Positions 23,039-33,281 are shown, counted from the stretch's first letter. The stretch: DNA of 51,940 nt from Minisyncoccia bacterium (GCA_041499075.1 JBGQJN010000002.1:1-51940); one strand, 5' to 3'. The notes: generated from the letters alone by a model not told the origin. Program-made: numbers and translations.

Positions 23039-26000
23039 TTAGAGATCTATTTTCTCATCAACCCAGCCATTCTTTACCGAGAGTGTTCTTTCAGCTGAAC
23101 GTGGCTGTGTCATGCCGGAAGGAGTATCGACTCTCAAGCGATACAACCCTTTTTGAGCCAGCAGGAAATATCTGCCAAGCTCATCGGTGACGGCAAATCC
23201 TGCCCTGTTGCCGCTTGTGTCAAGCAAAGTAATCAAAGAGAATGGTACGGCGTTGCCCGTGTCTTTATCGATAATGACGCCATAGGGTTTCTTCCTTAAG
23301 CCGGCCAGATGGAATATCACCATTAGCAGAACGGCTATCATGATCGAGAGGTTAAGTAAGTTGGGAATCGCCAAATAAATCAATGGAGCGGTAACCAAAG
23401 ATATCCAAAATGCAATATCCAAAGTTCTGACGACAAAGTTGTTCAAGGATATCGACGGCGCTTTGGAAGGTTTGGGTTCTTGTCTGGTTAAGGGATCAAT
23501 TGGAATATCCAGATTGATGAAATCTTTATCCTCCACTTCTACCAAGCCGCCATTGTAGACTCGCTGGTATAAGAGCGTGTCAGGCGCCGAAGTCACGATA
23601 TGCGAGGGGAAAGCATAGTTTTCTTTTTGTACTTCAAGCTGGACGTTCAACTTGCCTTCGCGGAACAAGGCCGGATCAACCAAGAAGCCGTAGCGCCCGT
23701 CAATGTCCGTACTCTTGGTTTCAAGGGTTGTGCCGGTTTGATCAAAGAGTTCGATCGAAACGAACGGAATCGGCCGCTTGGTCATTGAATCATAGACCGT
23801 GCCCCAGGGCTTGTTTTTCTTTTTGACGCCGATTAATTGGAAGAATGAAGCCATTGAGAATAGAAGAATATCCAGAATACTGGCGCCGAGATGTATCAAG
23901 TTAAGCAGGACGTCGACAGAGGTAATGATTACTACGGAAGTTGTCACGATGGAAACTGTTTCGGCTGTCGTGGTTTTGCCGGGGATGTTGTTAATGACTG
24001 TGTTTATCGGCGGGCCGATCGGAGTCAGCGGAGTTGGCGAAGCAACTACCGATGGTGTCGGCGTTAGAGTATTTAATGTTCCGCCGCCACCCGGCTGTTG
24101 GCTTGGAGAAATTGTCGGTGTCGCGGATACTGTCGGAGTTGGCGTCGCTTGAGGTGTAATTGTAGATCCACCACCGCCACCTCCACCGGGGTTCTGAGTA
24201 GGAATCTGTGTCGGATTCACGCTGGTACTTGGAGTTGCTGTTGGTGTGGCTGTCGGACTTGGTGTTGTCGTAGGCGTTGGAGACGGAGATCCCGAGACAA
24301 TAAGCGAGGGAGTTGGTGTCGGAGTAGGCGGATTATTAGACCCGGGTGTCTGACTGGTTGTAGGTATTGGTGTGGCAGTAGGCGTTGGCGTTGATGTTGG
24401 TGCGATTATCGGAGTCGGCGTAGGCGTAGAAACTAGAGCCGCGACATTATAAGCAATGCAGTAAATATCTGCCGGTGGGTTATTGCTCAGTCTGATGTAT
24501 TCTAAGTTGTCGCCATTGAGTGCGTCATTATAACAGCGCAGAACGGCAAAGCCATATTGAGATTGCAGATCTTCGCTGACCCATAACTGACCGCCGCTTC
24601 TTAGTAGACTTTGTTGAGCTGAATTAAGGTCCGACATTTGGATCACAAATTCACCATCTATATTAGTTGGTCCAGCAGTAGAAACATTATGTACTTGGGC
24701 TTGATCGGTTGAAAGTTTGAAATTCCAATCAGCTTGTGGAATACAAGTTTGAGGTAATTCATGCAAGCCAACAGGTTTGAACTGATATGGATTCGGGAAG
24801 TGTGGCGAACTAACGGAGTAATTGGAAAACTGGCTGAAATGGCCGCTACTGTCATCTAGGTTATCAGCGGCGGCATTACCGGTGACTACAGACCAAGAAG
24901 GGCATAGTCTTTTTAGAAAATGGAAGTTAGTATTTGGCGGTATATCAATGTTTATAGGGGTTTGAGTAGGTAGTGGAAATATGAAATCGCGCGGTGATCC
25001 TGAAATTTGGTAGCTGATACCAGTGGTTGTGTCTACGGCAAAGACATAAAGAGTATGGATTACGCCATCTTTGAATTGCTCAGGTATTTGAAATGTGAAT
25101 CCGTGATCTCTGGGATAGCCGGTTGTGCTATTGACGTCTGGTCTTGGCAGGCCGGCTATTACCGAACCTTGGAAATTAGAACTGGCTAGCCCGTCTATGT
25201 AAAATTTAACTTGAATACTCTGTAGTGGAGTATCGGCATCAAGCGCCCAGCCGATAACAGCGCCATCGCCTGATGGCCCGTCATGTATAGTATCAAGATG
25301 ACCGATCGGTGGTACTTGTACTGGCGTGCACGAATTTAAAACCAATAAATTATTTATAAAATCCCTGGTTGCTTGATCAAGATTGCCGTCAGCGGGAGTA
25401 TTACCTATCTGGGCGCTATATACTAACTGAAAACTTTTAAGAGCCGCCTGTGTCCGTGGTCCAAAATATGTCGTTTCATTTCCCGGTGAACCATAACCGC
25501 TTGCGGCCAGTATAAAATTATTATCGTTCAAGAACTTTTGGAGAATTTTAACGCCCGGCCCTTGGTCATGTCTTTGGAGGTTTGTAGTGATTGCTTCTGT
25601 CGGCGGGATAAGACATTGTTGAATCGGCGGTGGCGTAATGCTCGGTGTCGGAGACGGAGACACACTGGGAGTCGGTGTCGGGTTGGGTGTTGGTGAAGGA
25701 GAGAAGGAACTACCGCCGCCACCCGGATTAGGGGTTGGAGTCGGTGTTGGTGTTGGTGTGGCAACAATATTACCGCAACTGGTATTATCAACAAAACTCC
25801 AGCCGACGTTGTGGCCGAAATCTATCACATGATAACCTTGCAAAGTTAAAGCCGTGGGATTATTGGAATCACTTACATCTAAATAGCAAAGAATTATAGA
25901 ACTTGCGGCACTGGGATCAATATTCCATCGTGTCGGCGAAGAATCGCTTGGCAAGGCCAGTTGATTGCCGCCGGGGGCACCTTCAAGGTCTAGGCCATGC

Positions 26001-28162
26001 AGAATTGTTTCAGTTTCGGTGTTTTGAATGGTGAGTGTATCACCGGCCGCAACGGTTTTAGTGAGATTGTAGAAAATGTTATCTGCACCGGTATTGGTGC
26101 CCAAGAACTGATTGGTGCCAATCAAGACCACACTGCCGGTGTTGGCGTGGAATCCGGCGCTGCCATAAAAACTGCCGGTTATGTTTAGGCTGCCGGATCT
26201 GGCGGTAAAAATGTCTGTGTCTGCATCCAAGCCAAAGTCAGCACCAAAATTACCGCTAGGGTCAATGAGTAAATTCATAATGTCCGGAGCGAGCATGCTA
26301 CTAACAGAGCCCGTGCCAAAATATGCTCCGTAAACATTGAATGTGCTGGAGGTGCTGGCGTCAAAAGTCCCACCGTTGTCTATTGTTCCGGAAGTCCAAG
26401 TCGCCCCTTTCATAATCAGATCTGCACCGGCTCTGATTATTGCCAGGCCATAGCCCATATCAACGTTGCCGTTGATTGTCAGAGTACCGTTCCAAATATC
26501 CAGGCGATTGGAAAGGAAATAATTCGCGTCATCAGTCCAAGTAGGAGCGCTAATGCTATCCACAGTCAGTGGGCATGTACCAGCAACTTCGTGCAAACTA
26601 CTTTGCCCTGGCTCAACCGTGAATGATCCGGCATCGAGACTAGGCACCGTACCGGCTGTTTTATTTATTACTATTGAGCTGGCATGTGTTTGATCGCGAT
26701 AATTTCCCCTGTCAACGCCAACATAAATTGAATTGAAACTATCGCTACCATTGCAGTTAAAAATACTCGGACCAACACCGCCAAAGATGAGGTTTTTGCC
26801 GGTGAGATCGAAAGTACCTATATCGTAATAAGAGACATTATCTACCTCCACGGTCGTTCCCCCGTAAGTAATGGTGCCTTCATTGGCGAAATCGCCAGTC
26901 GGATTTAGGTTAGTAGCTCCATCAGAAATTCCACTGCTGCTGTTAAAAAAAGGATTTACTACTTGCTCAATGGGAGGCCCGGCTACAACAAAAGTCGTGG
27001 TATTGGGTAAATCTAAGGTTGACGGTCTATAAACATCCAAGCCGGTTGAATTCCAACTCGTGCCATTAAATATCAGACTCGAAGGCGAAGAAGGCAGATA
27101 CGAAGAGAATAGCTGGACTGGGTTAAAAATCGCATCATTATTGGGCGGGGCGGCTCCAACTTCTACTGCGCCGGAATTCCAGCTGGCGGCATTGGAAGTC
27201 AGGGAAGAACTCACGGCAGAGCCAGCGACCACGCGAATCCCGCCAAGCGTATTGATGTTGGCGGTCAGATCACATCCGGCAACACCATTCTGACTTTGCA
27301 ATATAAAACCGCTGGCGTCGCTGGTTTGCGCGATGTTAACAGTAGTGATTCCGGTTAAACTGTTAAAGTTGCCATCGCACTGCAACATTATTGCCGCATC
27401 ACCAATAAAGTTAAGAGTTTTACCGGTGCCGTTAATTGTTGTAGTAGAACCGTTTACACCTACATCCAGGCCGGAAGTTACATTCCAAATAGTTGGTGGA
27501 GTGAAAGTGGCATTAAGTAGTTCATAACCGACGTGCTGACCAATTTCTCCACCGTAAGTAACATCAGCAAAGCCAACAGCAAGAGTGCCACTACCTGCGG
27601 TAAAGGTTACACCGCCGTCAAGAATAAAATGTTCACCCACGGTTAGATTACCGTTATTAGGATTAAAAGTACCGCCATCAAACTCAAAGTTAAAATTCAC
27701 GGTTGTAGTACCGCTCGTAGCGACAAAAGTACCGCCGTCTATAAAAAGTGTACCTGTTAGATTTATATTGCCATTACCGCCAACGAAATGGCCATCATAT
27801 TGATCCATATCACCAGTACCAGTAATAATATCTATAGTCACTCCGCTAGCTTGGGTAATGGTGCCCGTATAGCCAATCTGTATTATCAATCTTGTAATCG
27901 AAATAGAACTATCGATCGTGGCGTTTTTTGTAGAAGTACCGTCAAAGACAACATCATCAGCAGAAGTCGGTGCTACTCCTCCAGCCCAGTTAGCATCACA
28001 GCTCCAGTCGTTGGCATGGCCTACTCCACAAGTGCCATTTGTTCCCGCTCCGTTCCAAGTGATGGTATCAGCATGAACATAATGTACAGCAAAAAAACAA
28101 AAAACAAAGACAGAAAAAAACAACAAAATTATGCCTTTATATTTCGGAGGTTTTAGAAACAT
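23039..28162 (-). CDS. Giant surface protein (1707 aa): beta-helix/adhesin-like N-terminus, PT linkers, PG-binding domain, beta-sandwich domains, C-terminal multi-TM region with two CarboxypepD_reg-like domains
   Basis: Uninterrupted ORF with an N-terminal signal or anchor. Autotransporter-passenger-like G/T/N-rich repeats. PG_binding_1-like GPGVKILQKFL...FGPRTQAALKSFQ. Hydrophobic helices alternate with GTVYDSMTKRPIPFVSIELFD / GVIIDKDTGNAVPFSLITLLD modules. Confidence 0.85.
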   Translation of the reverse strand: MFLKPPKYKGIILLFFSVFVFCFFAVHYVHADTITWNGAGTNGTCGVGHANDWSCDANWAGGVAPTSADDVVFDGTSTKNATIDSSISITRLIIQIGYTGTITQASGVTIDIITGTGDMDQYDGHFVGGNGNINLTGTLFIDGGTFVATSGTTTVNFNFEFDGGTFNPNNGNLTVGEHFILDGGVTFTAGSGTLAVGFADVTYGGEIGQHVGYELLNATFTPPTIWNVTSGLDVGVNGSTTTINGTGKTLNFIGDAAIMLQCDGNFNSLTGITTVNIAQTSDASGFILQSQNGVAGCDLTANINTLGGIRVVAGSAVSSSLTSNAASWNSGAVEVGAAPPNNDAIFNPVQLFSSYLPSSPSSLIFNGTSWNSTGLDVYRPSTLDLPNTTTFVVAGPPIEQVVNPFFNSSSGISDGATNLNPTGDFANEGTITYGGTTVEVDNVSYYDIGTFDLTGKNLIFGGVGPSIFNCNGSDSFNSIYVGVDRGNYRDQTHASSIVINKTAGTVPSLDAGSFTVEPGQSSLHEVAGTCPLTVDSISAPTWTDDANYFLSNRLDIWNGTLTINGNVDMGYGLAIIRAGADLIMKGATWTSGTIDNGGTFDASTSSTFNVYGAYFGTGSVSSMLAPDIMNLLIDPSGNFGADFGLDADTDIFTARSGSLNITGSFYGSAGFHANTGSVVLIGTNQFLGTNTGADNIFYNLTKTVAAGDTLTIQNTETETILHGLDLEGAPGGNQLALPSDSSPTRWNIDPSAASSIILCYLDVSDSNNPTALTLQGYHVIDFGHNVGWSFVDNTSCGNIVATPTPTPTPTPNPGGGGSSFSPSPTPNPTPTPSVSPSPTPSITPPPIQQCLIPPTEAITTNLQRHDQGPGVKILQKFLNDNNFILAASGYGSPGNETTYFGPRTQAALKSFQLVYSAQIGNTPADGNLDQATRDFINNLLVLNSCTPVQVPPIGHLDTIHDGPSGDGAVIGWALDADTPLQSIQVKFYIDGLASSNFQGSVIAGLPRPDVNSTTGYPRDHGFTFQIPEQFKDGVIHTLYVFAVDTTTGISYQISGSPRDFIFPLPTQTPINIDIPPNTNFHFLKRLCPSWSVVTGNAAADNLDDSSGHFSQFSNYSVSSPHFPNPYQFKPVGLHELPQTCIPQADWNFKLSTDQAQVHNVSTAGPTNIDGEFVIQMSDLNSAQQSLLRSGGQLWVSEDLQSQYGFAVLRCYNDALNGDNLEYIRLSNNPPADIYCIAYNVAALVSTPTPTPIIAPTSTPTPTATPIPTTSQTPGSNNPPTPTPTPSLIVSGSPSPTPTTTPSPTATPTATPSTSVNPTQIPTQNPGGGGGGGSTITPQATPTPTVSATPTISPSQQPGGGGTLNTLTPTPSVVASPTPLTPIGPPINTVINNIPGKTTTAETVSIVTTSVVIITSVDVLLNLIHLGASILDILLFSMASFFQLIGVKKKNKPWGTVYDSMTKRPIPFVSIELFDQTGTTLETKSTDIDGRYGFLVDPALFREGKLNVQLEVQKENYAFPSHIVTSAPDTLLYQRVYNGGLVEVEDKDFINLDIPIDPLTRQEPKPSKAPSISLNNFVVRTLDIAFWISLVTAPLIYLAIPNLLNLSIMIAVLLMVIFHLAGLRKKPYGVIIDKDTGNAVPFSLITLLDTSGNRAGFAVTDELGRYFLLAQKGLYRLRVDTPSGMTQPRSAERTLSVKNGWVDEKIDL

Positions 28163-28407
28163 TGATGACTAATTAAAATCATTAGTTTTTATAGTTAAAT
28201 TATAGCATCTATACCTTTAAAATATTGAAATAATAGTGGATAAAAGAGAACTATGGTTATACTTATCGGAAAACAGATATCTAGGCGGTTTCCTTAGGTC
28301 GTATTTTCTAATCATATCCTAGTCGAGCTTAATTATTTTTTTCTCTAGTAGTTATAGAATGATAAACTTTGATAATCTATTATAAAGATATATGACAAAA
28401 TAGTATT

Positions 28408-28438
28408 CATTATAAAAATAAATACCGAGTTGCCTCGG
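28408..28438 (-). terminator. Rho-independent terminator downstream of the DUF1653 gene
   Basis: CCGAG-GCAA-CTCGG hairpin (28425-28438) followed on the - strand by TATTTATTTTTAT. Confidence 0.5.
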
Positions 28439-28474
28439 CATGCTTATTTTTGAGTATAAAGTATAAAACTTTTT

Positions 28475-28771
28475 CTAGGTTTTCGGTACAAAACCAAAAT
28501 CAACCGCTATTTCAAGTTTGAACCGCGGACCAAACCATTTGTATTTTGGCTTCTTAACGATGGTCAAAAATCCATCTGGTCCATCTAAGGGACGAATACA
28601 AAGACGTTGATGCTCGGAGCGATCAGCAGGATTTATTTTTTCAAGAGGCAGATAGACGACGTGTAATTTTTCAGTTTCAGAATGGCGGGCTAAACCGATG
28701 ATGAGATAGCGCGCACCCTTGTAGTGTTTATAAATACCGGTTTTAATTTTTCTGATTATTTTTTTAGGCAT
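28475..28771 (-). CDS. DUF1653 domain protein
   Basis: YKHYKGARYLIIGLARHSETEKLHVVY pattern characteristic of DUF1653. Confidence 0.7.
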   Translation of the reverse strand: MPKKIIRKIKTGIYKHYKGARYLIIGLARHSETEKLHVVYLPLEKINPADRSEHQRLCIRPLDGPDGFLTIVKKPKYKWFGPRFKLEIAVDFGFVPKT

Positions 28772-28844
28772 GATAATAGGATATCATAAAATCCAGAAAT
28801 TAAAAAAGACTGGGCAGTTTTACCAAGTCTTTTTTAGCAGATTA

Positions 28845-29375
28845 CTATTTATTGATTGCCAGAAGTTCAACTTCAAAAATAAGCGTGGCATTGGCGGGTA
28901 TCGTACCCGGTACACCAGTGACGCCGTACGCCAGAGCCGGAGGAATCGTCAATCTTATTTTTTCACCGACCTTCATGCCTTCGACGCCGATATCCCAGCC
29001 GCTTATAACTTCACCGGCCCCTAAATTAAAAACAAAAGGTATTCCACGATCTATACTTGAATCGAACTTAGTGCCATCTTGAAGTGTGCCGACATAATTT
29101 ACGGTAACCTTGTCGCCTTTTTTGGCGGCGACTCCACTGCCGGCTTGCAATATTTCTATTGATACGCCATTCTTATTTATTTTCGTTACTTTTGGCGTAG
29201 CCGTCAGTGTCGGGCTGGCACTTACGGGTATGCTTGGTAAGGGACTGGCGCTCGGTGTCGGACTATACTCTCGGGTGATTCCCGGAGCAACAGTCTTATT
29301 AGCCGATTTTATAAAATAATACGATACGACCACCGCAATGACTGCGATAATGATTATGATAAAAAGTTTATTCAT
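28845..29375 (-). CDS. FKBP-type peptidyl-prolyl cis-trans isomerase, membrane-anchored or secreted
   Basis: GDKVTVNYVGTLQDGTKFDSS...FVFNLGAGEVISGWDIGVEGMKVGEKIRLTIPP...TLIFEVELL. Confidence 0.9.
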   Translation of the reverse strand: MNKLFIIIIIAVIAVVVSYYFIKSANKTVAPGITREYSPTPSASPLPSIPVSASPTLTATPKVTKINKNGVSIEILQAGSGVAAKKGDKVTVNYVGTLQDGTKFDSSIDRGIPFVFNLGAGEVISGWDIGVEGMKVGEKIRLTIPPALAYGVTGVPGTIPANATLIFEVELLAINK

Positions 29376-29441
29376 AAACCGAGGTTAGCATATTATAAAT
29401 TAAATTACAATAAAGCCGAACATTTAAGTCCGGCTGTGATT

Positions 29442-30134
29442 TTATCTCAGTTTCACAGAAATACTTTGAAGTCTTTGAAGTCCGCGAGATTTGCTCATAT
29501 GACGTAAAATACGTTTGAAGACACTACGACTCACGGAGAAAAAACAATCAAATGATATTTTAGAACCCCAGAAAATCAATTCAATCCTCGCCCTGTTTAG
29601 AGTAAGTTTTTGCAGAGAAGATCTGTTCAAGCTGATAATCTCTGCTGGTTGATCATTTCGCCGCCAACTTTTATCTTTTTCACGATTAGTATGTAGTCTC
29701 ATTACTTTTTTGGCGTCCAAGAGGAATAATACCATCGTCCGTTTTGCCAGGATTCTATATAATTGTCTTTCAGTGTGCGCAACTCTGGATATCCGCAACC
29801 CCTTTTCATCTACATGAGCTCTTTTAAAATGGTTCCGATAGCCAAAAAGCATAAGTAAACAGGTACCGAAAGGAAATAAGGCGCCAAGAAATCTTTCCAA
29901 TTGTTCAACATATATAGAAAACTGGTGTTCATTATTACGAGCTTTAACCTCAACGAGCAAATCAAGTTCCGGGTTCTCAATATCACCATATCGGTAAGTA
30001 AACGGTTGTATCTTGCCGCCGATGAGTCTTTGCGCCAGATGCAAGTAAAAATAAGCTATGGCCATATTTCTGTGCTGGGCGTTGCCCATTACTCTATCTA
30101 TTGGTTTTTTTCTGCGTAGTTTTCCGGAAGCCAT
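29442..30134 (-). CDS. Basic hypothetical protein (230 aa) with a possible PD-(D/E)xK nuclease-like motif
   Basis: PELDLLVEVKARNNEH resembles a D...ExK core. Arg/Lys-rich. No other recognisable domain. Confidence 0.45.
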   Translation of the reverse strand: MASGKLRRKKPIDRVMGNAQHRNMAIAYFYLHLAQRLIGGKIQPFTYRYGDIENPELDLLVEVKARNNEHQFSIYVEQLERFLGALFPFGTCLLMLFGYRNHFKRAHVDEKGLRISRVAHTERQLYRILAKRTMVLFLLDAKKVMRLHTNREKDKSWRRNDQPAEIISLNRSSLQKLTLNRARIELIFWGSKISFDCFFSVSRSVFKRILRHMSKSRGLQRLQSISVKLR

Positions 30135-30193
30135 ACACCCTCCTAGTTGTAAAATATCTTAACTGAAGTATCTGGCAATAGATTATATAAGTC

Positions 30194-30221
30194 AACAAAA
30201 AAACCGAGATTTTGGTCTCGG
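30194..30221 (-). terminator. Rho-independent terminator
   Basis: CCGAGA-CCAAAA-TCTCGG hairpin (30204-30221) followed on the - strand by a run of T residues (30194-30203). Confidence 0.65.
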
Positions 30222-30267
30222 CACAATTCCTCACTTATTAAGGGTCAATGATTGCTTCTTCATTATA

Positions 30268-30636
30268 TCAATGCCACTTAAGTTTATCTAATACTCTACA
30301 GCAGATATATTGATCATTTGGAATAGGGTGCGCGCCCTTAGACAACGCTAGGTCAGTTTCTTTTTGAGTTTCATTTATGCTCAACACTTCGGCGATAGCA
30401 ATTTCACATTTAGTATTTATCACTATCTCTATCTCCGGTTCTGGATTGCGGTGATCTAGAACTCGAAATCCCAGCACATCATAAAGGCTTTCTCCGATCA
30501 TAGCCCAGGCAATCTTTTCCATTAGATCCCGATCTGACGCAACCAGGACCCTGGTTAATTTACCGAATGTTTTGTAAGTTTTTTGTCCACGCCATTCTTT
30601 CACGGCCATCTGAAATTTGATTTCAAAATTAGGCAT
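30268..30636 (-). CDS. Hypothetical protein (122 aa from MPNFEIKF)
   Basis: The internal start is preceded by a GGGGG RBS. No recognisable domain. Confidence 0.5.
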   Translation of the reverse strand: MPNFEIKFQMAVKEWRGQKTYKTFGKLTRVLVASDRDLMEKIAWAMIGESLYDVLGFRVLDHRNPEPEIEIVINTKCEIAIAEVLSINETQKETDLALSKGAHPIPNDQYICCRVLDKLKWH

Positions 30637-30709
30637 TTTAACCCCCTTATTATTAAGGAAACTTAAAAGAAAACTAGCATACTTTGAGTCAGTAGGCAAA
30701 TCTTATAAC

Positions 30710-31507
30710 TCATTTTCTTTTTGCTACAAATACAATCAGAAAAATTATAACGGTGAGAAGGACTATCGCCCCACCGGCGGGAATGTTCAGATAATAAGAA
30801 GAAATAATGCCGACTAGAACTGATAAAACTGAAATTATCTCAGCATAGACAATTGTTGCCAGGAACCCCTTCCTTAGCTGAAGTGCGGCAACCACCGGTA
30901 TGACGACTAAGGCGGCAATAAGCAATGTGCCGACAATCGGAATGGCAAGTGAAACCGTCAAGGCCGAAAGAATTATCAATATCGTATTGATCCGTCTGGT
31001 CTTAATACCGGCAACCTGCGCCGCTTCTTCGTCAAAAGTTATGTAAACCAGCTCTTTATAAAAAGCGATAACTGCCAGTATAACTCCGATACCAAGCGTC
31101 GAAATGAAATACAGATCAATGGTTCTGACAGTAACAATACTACCGAAAAGATAATTGAAAAGGTCAACACTGAATCCCTTTGCGATACTGATGAGCACAA
31201 TCGCCAGAGCCAAACTGCCTGAAAGAAAAATGGAGAGCGCTGAATCGGCATAAACCCGTTTTGACAAACGTAAACGCTCAACCGCCACCGAGGAAACCGT
31301 AGCTACACCGATACCTGTTATCAGCGGATTGATTTGCAAAAGAAGACCCAACGCAACTCCGGCCAAGGAAACATGGGCCAGCGTGTCAGCAATAAGGGCA
31401 TATTTACGCAGCACTAGGAAAATCCCAATTAAAGGCGCAATTGCGCCGATAATCATGCCGACTTCTATGCCGCGGACTATGAAATTGTAATGAAAAATTT
31501 CAAACAT
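30710..31507 (-). CDS. Metal (Zn/Mn) ABC transporter permease (ABC-3 family)
   Basis: Polytopic membrane protein, 265 aa, last gene of a three-gene SBP/ATPase/permease operon. Its start overlaps the stop of the ATPase gene. Confidence 0.85.
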   Translation of the reverse strand: MFEIFHYNFIVRGIEVGMIIGAIAPLIGIFLVLRKYALIADTLAHVSLAGVALGLLLQINPLITGIGVATVSSVAVERLRLSKRVYADSALSIFLSGSLALAIVLISIAKGFSVDLFNYLFGSIVTVRTIDLYFISTLGIGVILAVIAFYKELVYITFDEEAAQVAGIKTRRINTILIILSALTVSLAIPIVGTLLIAALVVIPVVAALQLRKGFLATIVYAEIISVLSVLVGIISSYYLNIPAGGAIVLLTVIIFLIVFVAKRK

Positions 31508-32262
31508 TAATGGTGAACGAATTTATCGTTATTTTGATAGAAAGAGGCAAAACTTTCATGTGCTCTAAATTCCTTGGCCATACCGCAATAAACCAGAGAT
31601 CTGTTAATACAGATGAGCTCTGAAGCCTCCCTTTCAATGGTTTCAAGATCGTGAGATGCCAGGACAAGAGTCAGATGCATTTCGTGATTTAGCTTTCTCA
31701 AAAAAGCATAAAGCTGTTCCTGTGTTTTAGCGTCCACGCCAGTCGTCGGCTCGTCAAGGATAATCATTTCCGGTTCACCGGCCAGAGCCCGGGCGATGAA
31801 AACACGCTGCTGCTGGCCGCCAGACAAGTCACCGATCAGACGGTCGGCATACTCCTCCATCTCTACCTGCTTGAGTGCGCGTGTTACTATTGCCCGGTCA
31901 TTGGCATCAAGAAAATGAAATAAGCCCTTTTTGCCGTAGCGTCCCATACTGACCACGCCTTCTACCGACATCGGAAAAGAAGAATCAATATGTGTCACCT
32001 GCTGAGAAACATAACCTATTTTTGACCAGTCTTTGAAGTCAGCAATGTCTTTGTCGAAAAGTTTCACTTGGCCGTTTGGTTTGAGTAAGCCGAGCATTAT
32101 CTTGATGAGAGTGGACTTCCCCCCGCCATTCGGCCCAATAATGCCCAAATAATCTCCCCGGTGGATATCAATTGTCAGATCATTCAAAACTTTCTCGTCT
32201 CCGTAAGAGAACGATATGTTTTTGAGCTCCAAAATAATTTTATCGTTTTCTAACTCCGGCAT
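31507..32262 (-). CDS. Metal ABC transporter ATP-binding protein
   Basis: Walker A GPNGGGKST, signature LSGGQQQR, Walker B IILDEP. Confidence 0.9.
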   Translation of the reverse strand: MPELENDKIILELKNISFSYGDEKVLNDLTIDIHRGDYLGIIGPNGGGKSTLIKIMLGLLKPNGQVKLFDKDIADFKDWSKIGYVSQQVTHIDSSFPMSVEGVVSMGRYGKKGLFHFLDANDRAIVTRALKQVEMEEYADRLIGDLSGGQQQRVFIARALAGEPEMIILDEPTTGVDAKTQEQLYAFLRKLNHEMHLTLVLASHDLETIEREASELICINRSLVYCGMAKEFRAHESFASFYQNNDKFVHH

Positions 32263-33170
32263 TCTAGGGCAAGTTTCAAATTAGAAAGATTGGTTTGCAT
32301 TTGTGTAAAATAATCTTTGCCGTTTTGAATATCCTGGTTGCTCAAACCTTCTACCGGATCGAGGACCAAGGTTTGCGCACCGGTTTCATTAGCAATCGTT
32401 TCGGAAAGTTTTGGACTGATAAGACTTTCAAAAAAAATGTATTTGATACCTTGTTTTTTAACCAAATCAGAAATTTCGGCAAGTTTTTGAGTAGACGGCT
32501 CTTGATCTGGTGAAATTCCGGTAATATTGACCTGGTTAAAATGATATCTGTCAGCCAAGTAGCCGAAAGCGGCATGAGAAGTGACAATATCCTGCTTGGC
32601 GCATAAACTTAGACTCCGGCTGTATTCCTGGTCCAAAGAGTCAAGCCTATTCTCTACTGTCTGTGCATTTGACTGATACATCACGCTATGAGCCGGGTCT
32701 ATCCGGATAAAACCCTGAAGGATATTTTCAACTTCCTGTTTGGCAAGTTCCGGACTAAGCCAGACGTGCGGGTCTCGTATAGTCTGACCGTTTTCCACCA
32801 ACTGTTTGTTGGCAAGATTTTCGCCAGCGACGATAACTAGCGGCCGACCATTCATGATCTGATTTTTAATCTTGTCTCCCCAGGCCTCCAGTGAACCGCC
32901 ATTTAGTATCAAAAGGTCACTTTGCTCAATTCCTACAATCTCCCTGGCGGTCGGTTCGTAATCATGCGGTTCAGCGCCAGCAGGTGTGATATTTGTAACG
33001 TCGGCCTTATCGCCGGCGATTTGCCGGCTAAAATAATACATTGGGTAAAACGAGGATATGACTTTAATTTTCCCACTTATAGCCGTCGGTGATGAGACGT
33101 GCTTAAAATTGACAAAGTAGATAACTGAAATAACAACTATGGCAGTAACTATTATAACATATTTTTTCAT
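32250..33170 (-). CDS. Metal ABC transporter substrate-binding protein (ZnuA/TroA-like)
   Basis: Signal or anchor, DPHVW and AFGY motifs typical of cluster A-I SBPs, and operon context. Confidence 0.85.
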   Translation of the reverse strand: MKKYVIIVTAIVVISVIYFVNFKHVSSPTAISGKIKVISSFYPMYYFSRQIAGDKADVTNITPAGAEPHDYEPTAREIVGIEQSDLLILNGGSLEAWGDKIKNQIMNGRPLVIVAGENLANKQLVENGQTIRDPHVWLSPELAKQEVENILQGFIRIDPAHSVMYQSNAQTVENRLDSLDQEYSRSLSLCAKQDIVTSHAAFGYLADRYHFNQVNITGISPDQEPSTQKLAEISDLVKKQGIKYIFFESLISPKLSETIANETGAQTLVLDPVEGLSNQDIQNGKDYFTQMQTNLSNLKLALECRS

Positions 33171-33281
33171 AATATCAGTATGCGATTATTATACGTTATT
33201 TGCGAGATATTTGCAATCAAAAAGCCGCCTGTGATCAGCAGCCTTTTGAGATTTTTTGCAACGTTGTATGAATACTGGTGA

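Noticed and set aside
24098-24394. Arg/Trp/Cys-rich + strand ORFs opposite the giant genes (also 25638-25832, 34537-34722, 36271-36489 and others)
   Set aside because: These are antisense shadows of PT/Gly-linker coding DNA inside uninterrupted 1707- and 1569-aa ORFs. Their low-complexity GVGVG/RRWRR translations are not credible proteins.
24150-24420. Short periodic DNA repeats (GGTGTTGG / GGAGTCGG type) that might suggest a CRISPR-like or satellite array
   Set aside because: They are irregular codon-level repeats encoding Pro-Thr linkers within a CDS. There are no fixed-length repeats alternating with unique spacers. No CRISPR array is evident in the window.
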